DNA of 64,000 bases, from NCBI GenBank assembly GCA_049512075.1, contig JBEKXL010000010.1:1-64000 (forward strand), given 5' to 3'. Under the pieces are notes generated by a model. It searched no databases. It worked only from the letters and a program-made list of their open reading frames with translations, and was not told where the DNA came from. This DNA is from Candidatus Bathyarchaeia archaeon. Its GTDB lineage: Archaea; Thermoproteota; Bathyarchaeia; Bathyarchaeales; Bathycorpusculaceae. Every line of letters starts with the position of its first letter. The stretch's first letter is position 1. Positions 59,246 through 64,000 of the stretch are shown here, piece by piece. The position numbers and the translations under genes were made by a program.

Positions 59246-59875
59246 ATGTATGAGCATCGTTACAAGTACGGCAAACAGAAGGCCATAATGACTGTTGAAG
59301 AGTTCAAAGAGAAGCTAGAGGCTTCCCCGGTGAAACTTGAACAGAAGGCTTTTCTTGTTCTTTTGTGGCATTCTGGAGCGCGAAAAAGTGAGGTGTACGA
59401 AAGAGTCAAAGATGACATAGAAATCACTGAAGCACATGTCATTGTTGATTTTCATCAGCGGAAGAAACATGGTGAGACCGTGCCGCCTTTGAAGATTCCT
59501 AGGAAGTTCTACGGTGTCGAAGAATATCTTGTGCCACACCTCTTGAAACCTAAAAGGGTGAATTCCAAAACAGTCTATTCTTATGAAACATGTGAAGGAA
59601 AGCCAGTCATACATTCGAGCCAGGTAGAAGCCAAATGGCTCTTTCCTCAAATCGGCAGCTCAACAGCCTGGCGCGCATCTAAGAAAGTTTTAGGTGAAGA
59701 GTTCTATCCTCATTACTTCAGACTGAGGAAACTGAGCAAGATAGGAATGAACCGGGAGAAAGGCAGCATAACACACCTCAAAGCAGTTAGTGGAATCAAA
59801 AGCCTGAAGGCGCTAGAAGCCTACTTGGGATATGATCAGGAAGCTCAGGATGAAGCAATGGAAATCAGCGAATAA
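59246..59875 (+). CDS. minimal tyrosine recombinase (catalytic domain only)
   Basis: HSGARKSE, RKKHG, PHYFR, LEAYLG. Confidence 0.85.
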   Translation: MYEHRYKYGKQKAIMTVEEFKEKLEASPVKLEQKAFLVLLWHSGARKSEVYERVKDDIEITEAHVIVDFHQRKKHGETVPPLKIPRKFYGVEEYLVPHLLKPKRVNSKTVYSYETCEGKPVIHSSQVEAKWLFPQIGSSTAWRASKKVLGEEFYPHYFRLRKLSKIGMNREKGSITHLKAVSGIKSLKALEAYLGYDQEAQDEAMEISE

Positions 59876-60021
59876 GAGCGGTAAATATAGGATACATAAA
59901 CTAAGGGAGCCAACAGTTCAGGAAGGCCGCGCTCGCCAAGAGGAAGATGAGCGACTCAGGCCGTGCAAAAACCAGCGAAGACCTGAAACAAAAAAAGGAG
60001 TGTTGATTGAGTTCGCTTTGT

Positions 60022-62391
60022 CTAAACAACGGTGACCGTTTTGATGATGGGATATGTTGCTGCTCTGTTTCCTGCAAGATCAATGATGTAGATTTTAACA
60101 GTGTAGGTTCCAGGTGACACATTAAGGTTTGAGCTGTCTTTGCCGTTCCAGATTACGCTGTGGAAGCCGCTGGATTGGAGAACAGTACTGAGGAGAGTTC
60201 TTTTCAGAGCGCCTGTGCTGTTATATATTCCTATCGTGGCATAGCAGCTTTCGGATAACGTGTAGTTGATCTTTGTAGTCTGAGCACTTGATGGCTTGAA
60301 CGATGTCGGATAGACTGAGACGGCTGTGACGCTTGGCGGTTTAGTGTCAACGGTGACTGTGCCTGCTTTTGTCGTAAAGGCGACGCCTTGCAAGTCCTTT
60401 CCGCTGAGGCTCACTGTGTAGGTTCCGTCTGGAACTCTGTAGCCCGTGCTGTTCTTCCCGTCCCAGATGATTGAAAGGCTGGATCCGGTTCCCGTCCAAG
60501 TTCTTAACGTGGTGCTTGATGAAGTTTTCACCTGTAGGTTCCAATTCGTGGTGGAGCTGAATGTTGCTTTAATGGTGGTGTTGTCTTTTGTCCCGTCGCC
60601 GTTTGGACTGAAGGGGTTCGGTGAAATCGTGAATGAAGTAACCGTGGGTTTAGGTTCATACCGTGCAGTGTAGACTCCGGCTGAAGTTATAGTTAACGTT
60701 GTGCTTGTTGAGCCTGTGCTCCATTGATAGAATGGGTGACCATTTGCGTCTGTGCTGGGGACTTTGAAAGTGTGGGTTCCAGTTAACCCTGTAAAGATAT
60801 GTGGGGTCGTATAGCCCGTTGCGACGCCATCCTCAGTAATCGGCAGCGCTAGCCATGCGTCAACGGCACACCAGGACCAAATAGTAGCAGAGTATCCTGC
60901 TCTGTAGCGCCCAGTGTAAACTCCCGCTGAGCTGACCGTTATGGTTTTGTCTGTCCAGCCTGTGCTCCAATCGCTGAACGGGTGACCTGCGGTGTCAGTG
61001 CTTGGAAGTGTGAAGGTGTGGGTGCCGGTTAATCCCGAGAAGATGTGGGGAGTACTGTATCCTGTCGCGATTCCGTCCATAGTGATGGGTTCAGGTATCC
61101 ATCCTTGAATGTAATCCCAAGCCCAAATAGTGGCAGAGTATCCTGCTCGGTACCGTGCAGTGTATATTCCCGCTGAGCTGACCGTTATGGTTTTGTCTGT
61201 CCAGCCTGTGCTCCAATCGCTGAACGGGTGACCTGCGGTGTCAGTGCTTGGAACTGCAAACGTATGCGTTCCCGTCAAGGTCGTAAACGTGTGGGGAGTC
61301 GTGTAGCCTGTGGCGACGCCGTCCATAGTGATGGGTACGCTTTGCCAGCCGTGAATGTAGTCCCAACCCCAAATGGTAACGGAGTATCCGGTCTCCGGCG
61401 GCTCATATCTCCAGAAGTTATTATGCAAATTTGTCTCTGATGATGCGCCTCTTACACCATAGAAGTAACCGTTTGCGTTGCATAAGCCTCCACCTTCAAC
61501 AGGGTTAGGTGTGTTTGCCAAAGTTTCCCAGCTGTTCGATGCAATGTGGTATCGCCAGAATCCATTAGTGTCGGAAACGCCGTTGAAACCGCCCCATGCA
61601 TAGAAGTATTTGCTTCCGTCGTAGGCAAGTGAGCCTGCCCACCAGATGCTGCTTGGCACGTTTGCCATAGCAGACCAACTGTTCTTTGAGAGGTCGTACC
61701 GCCAGAAACCACTGCCCTGTCCACCTTGAAGTGCATAGATGTAGTTTCCAGAATTCCAGGCCATAGAGCATCCGCCTCCTGCAGCAAAAGGCAGGTTTGC
61801 CATGGCGGTCCAGCTGTTCCCCGAGATGCTGTACCTAAAGAAGTGGTTTGACGTTGAAAACCCGATGGCGTAGATGTAGTCACCGCCAGCCCATGCTAGA
61901 GCCGAATGGTATGGGTCTTCGGATAGTTTTTTCATTTGAGTCCAGCTGTTTCCTGAGATACTGTATCGCCAGAAGTCCCAGTCTCCTCCGCCGATATATC
62001 CTCCAGTGTATCCATTCAGTTTGTAGATGTAGTCTCCGCCAGTCCAAACTAAGTCTTGGCCGCTCTGCGGTGCAGATGTAGGGATGTTTGCCATGTAGGT
62101 CCAGCTGTTCCCTGAGATGCTGTACCTGTAGAACATGTTGTCAGTCTCTCCTGCGCTCATATAGATGTAGTTCCCGCCGGTCCACACAGTGCCTACTTCA
62201 TACCATAGAGGTTCCGGCGTGTTAGCCATTGAAATCCACGTATTAGACGATGCATAAACAGCAGAGATTGCGAAAGGCAAAATTAAGAGCGGGAGCAACA
62301 TCATAGAAACCATTAGCTTCAGCCCAAATTCTCTACATGAAATCTTCATTTTCATCAATCTCCAAATTTTCCTTGTCAGTGCCACAAGCAT
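60022..62391 (-). CDS. secreted Kelch-repeat protein with three ~82-aa repeats and two FlgD Ig-like domains
   Basis: Repeats YIYxxxG...FxRYSISGNSW; ISPNPFSPNGDG, WDGKNS..VPDGTY, WNGKDS..VSPGTY. Confidence 0.88.
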   Translation of the reverse strand: MLVALTRKIWRLMKMKISCREFGLKLMVSMMLLPLLILPFAISAVYASSNTWISMANTPEPLWYEVGTVWTGGNYIYMSAGETDNMFYRYSISGNSWTYMANIPTSAPQSGQDLVWTGGDYIYKLNGYTGGYIGGGDWDFWRYSISGNSWTQMKKLSEDPYHSALAWAGGDYIYAIGFSTSNHFFRYSISGNSWTAMANLPFAAGGGCSMAWNSGNYIYALQGGQGSGFWRYDLSKNSWSAMANVPSSIWWAGSLAYDGSKYFYAWGGFNGVSDTNGFWRYHIASNSWETLANTPNPVEGGGLCNANGYFYGVRGASSETNLHNNFWRYEPPETGYSVTIWGWDYIHGWQSVPITMDGVATGYTTPHTFTTLTGTHTFAVPSTDTAGHPFSDWSTGWTDKTITVSSAGIYTARYRAGYSATIWAWDYIQGWIPEPITMDGIATGYSTPHIFSGLTGTHTFTLPSTDTAGHPFSDWSTGWTDKTITVSSAGVYTGRYRAGYSATIWSWCAVDAWLALPITEDGVATGYTTPHIFTGLTGTHTFKVPSTDANGHPFYQWSTGSTSTTLTITSAGVYTARYEPKPTVTSFTISPNPFSPNGDGTKDNTTIKATFSSTTNWNLQVKTSSSTTLRTWTGTGSSLSIIWDGKNSTGYRVPDGTYTVSLSGKDLQGVAFTTKAGTVTVDTKPPSVTAVSVYPTSFKPSSAQTTKINYTLSESCYATIGIYNSTGALKRTLLSTVLQSSGFHSVIWNGKDSSNLNVSPGTYTVKIYIIDLAGNRAATYPIIKTVTVV

Positions 62392-62515
62392 TGTAATTGC
62401 TAGTTAATATAATCTATGAAAGATAGTTCTATTGCTTTATTAGCCACGCGCTTCCATATCGCTGATTAGACTCGCTCCACCTCATGCGTGCACTGGCGCC
62501 TAACTCAAGATCATT

Positions 62516-62932
62516 CTAAGAACATGCCCCATTAACTTCGATCTGTTCTTGATTGGATATTGTGAATAGGTCAGGTCTCTGCTGCTTCAGGTTGACCAAG
62601 GCATCACTCAGAGTGCCCTCTAGAAGAAGTCTGTCCCATGCGATGATTCCTTCAAGTTTCGTTTTCTCTTTCTTAAGAATGTCCGTTTCGGAGTCCAAAG
62701 CGGTTTTCTCTCTATGAAGGTTGTTCACTATTTTGTTTAGTTCGTCTCTTTGTTGAAAAAGAGCTTTGGTTTCGTCTTGTACTCTGATAACTAGCTGTTT
62801 CTTGTAGCGAAGATTTCTAATAGCCGCTGGAGATCTATCGAGTTTTTGAGCTATATCTCGAGCCGTTAATCCTTCTTTGGTAAAAGTCTCTAGTTGTGCC
62901 AGCTCTTCCTTTGTGGTTCTTCTGCCACCCAT
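62516..62932 (-). CDS. HTH plus coiled-coil protein
   Basis: GLTARDIAQKLDRSPAAIRN. Confidence 0.72.
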   Translation of the reverse strand: MGGRRTTKEELAQLETFTKEGLTARDIAQKLDRSPAAIRNLRYKKQLVIRVQDETKALFQQRDELNKIVNNLHREKTALDSETDILKKEKTKLEGIIAWDRLLLEGTLSDALVNLKQQRPDLFTISNQEQIEVNGACS

Positions 62933-63134
62933 CTCTTACCGTCTCCAACAGATCTCTAATCGTCACAAACCTATCGCTTAAGTGTCTCATAAAAGTCTCG
63001 TTTCTGTCACTTTCTGAGGAATAACTTGTTATGCACTATACTACGCACTATATCGAGTTCATGGGAAATTGATGGAAAATAGGGAGATACCCAAAGGGGG
63101 ATATATACTGCGAACTATGCTGCGCGAGCGTGTA

Positions 63135-63512
63135 CTACTGCTTATCCTGCAATAGTTTCCTCGCTTCCTCGAGCATTTTTTCTGCATTCGCTGATCTTGA
63201 TAGTTCAAGCGTGCCAATGAGTTGAAAGAGATTCTTCTCATGCTCAGCAGAAAACTTCAGCAGTGCTTTCAGCAACTCTGGGGAGATCTGTTCCTTTAAA
63301 CTGAAATAGACTCCGGGAGGCCTTAATTTTGTATGAACTACTCGGAAAACCTTGCCTTCCTCCGTCAGCCTATCTAGAACCTTCTTGCTTCCGCTTTCTG
63401 AATAAGCACGCTTGAAATGTTTCTGAATATACTTCAGAAGGTCACTTTCCCTAGTATTGCCAAATTCAGACAAATAGTCCAAAACTGCTTGTTCCACTTC
63501 CATAAAGTGCAC
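63135..63512 (-). CDS. winged-helix protein
   Basis: KKVLDRLTEEGKVFRV. Confidence 0.65.
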   Translation of the reverse strand: MHFMEVEQAVLDYLSEFGNTRESDLLKYIQKHFKRAYSESGSKKVLDRLTEEGKVFRVVHTKLRPPGVYFSLKEQISPELLKALLKFSAEHEKNLFQLIGTLELSRSANAEKMLEEARKLLQDKQ

Positions 63513-63547
63513 CTAGTGTACTCGTTGCGTTCACCTTTCCTTCTTAG

Positions 63548-63575
63548 CTTCGGACAGATTAAACCTTCGGACAGA
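63548..63575. promoter_or_regulatory. putative operator direct repeat
   Basis: CTTCGGACAGA at 63548 and 63565 between divergent regulators. Confidence 0.55.
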
Positions 63576-63587
63576 GAAGTGAAACAA

Positions 63588-63725
63588 ATGAAAAACCTAA
63601 GAATCACTGTAAGAGTGGAAGAACCCGATAGGCAGAAAATCGAACGGCTTATGCACGATGGCAAATTCAAAAACATGAGCCAAGTATTGCGCAGAGCTCT
63701 TCAAGAATTTCTAAAAACTCAATAG
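63588..63725 (+). CDS. CopG/RHH regulator
   Basis: MKNLRITVRV...KFKNMSQVLRRALQEFL. Confidence 0.8.
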   Translation: MKNLRITVRVEEPDRQKIERLMHDGKFKNMSQVLRRALQEFLKTQ

Positions 63726-63740
63726 AAGGCTCGTTTCAGA

Positions 63741-64000
63741 ATGGCCGAGGACTCTGGAGAACCAAAGAACAGAGAAAAGCTGTTCAACCATCTGAAGGAG
63801 CTTCAAAAGCCCCTTTCAATCGAGCACCTTCAGGAGATTCTCGGTTCAACTGTTAAGCATGATGATGATAACAAAGCAATCGCTTTTCTTTGCATGCTTC
63901 TCACTTACACAGAACAAGACCAAACGAATATCGGCTTTCTAGCGGAATCCAGCACTGGCAAAAGCTATATTCCCTTGGAATTGGCAGGGTATTTCCCTAC
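63741..64000 (+). CDS. P-loop NTPase, probable element replication protein (partial)
   Basis: Manual translation: NIGFLAESSTGKSY (Walker A-like). Confidence 0.65.
   Translation, partial: MAEDSGEPKNREKLFNHLKELQKPLSIEHLQEILGSTVKHDDDNKAIAFLCMLLTYTEQDQTNIGFLAESSTGKSYIPLELAGYFP

Larger units (their letters stand above)
59128..64000. mobile_element. integrative element, extends past window
   Basis: Conserved site, integrase, cargo, wHTH/RHH divergon, P-loop ATPase. Confidence 0.7.

Overview
Archaeal chromosome segment, most likely Bathyarchaeia (inferred from extended Rpo5, Fae, archaellin, LonB, TrmI and integrases ending in a 'G(F/W/Y)..FRKxK' tail). Host genes are interrupted by at least three mobile regions carrying four tyrosine recombinases. 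(1) A 5,003-bp, extremely A/C-skewed element (7434-12452) encodes an HUH rolling-circle Rep. It is inserted in the 3' end of an RNase J-like MBL gene between perfect 16-bp direct repeats that also split its own integrase gene in frame. (2) A composite ~18.5-kb island (~16.3-34.8 kb) carries two integrases, a Toprim protein, a homopolymer-frameshifted ParB, regulators and a large surface protein. (3) An element starting ~59.1 kb carries a minimal integrase, a Kelch/FlgD surface protein and a truncated P-loop ATPase. A dispersed bipartite ~60-bp site (core GTTGATGCTTTTGTATAC plus a GTCTCCC..T-tract half) appears five times, whole or in halves: twice at island edges, once intergenic, and once as an inverted pair. 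The main host novelty is a DapA-family aldolase fused to formaldehyde-activating enzyme. No rRNA, intact tRNA or CRISPR array was seen. All product calls come from motif recognition by eye, not database searches.
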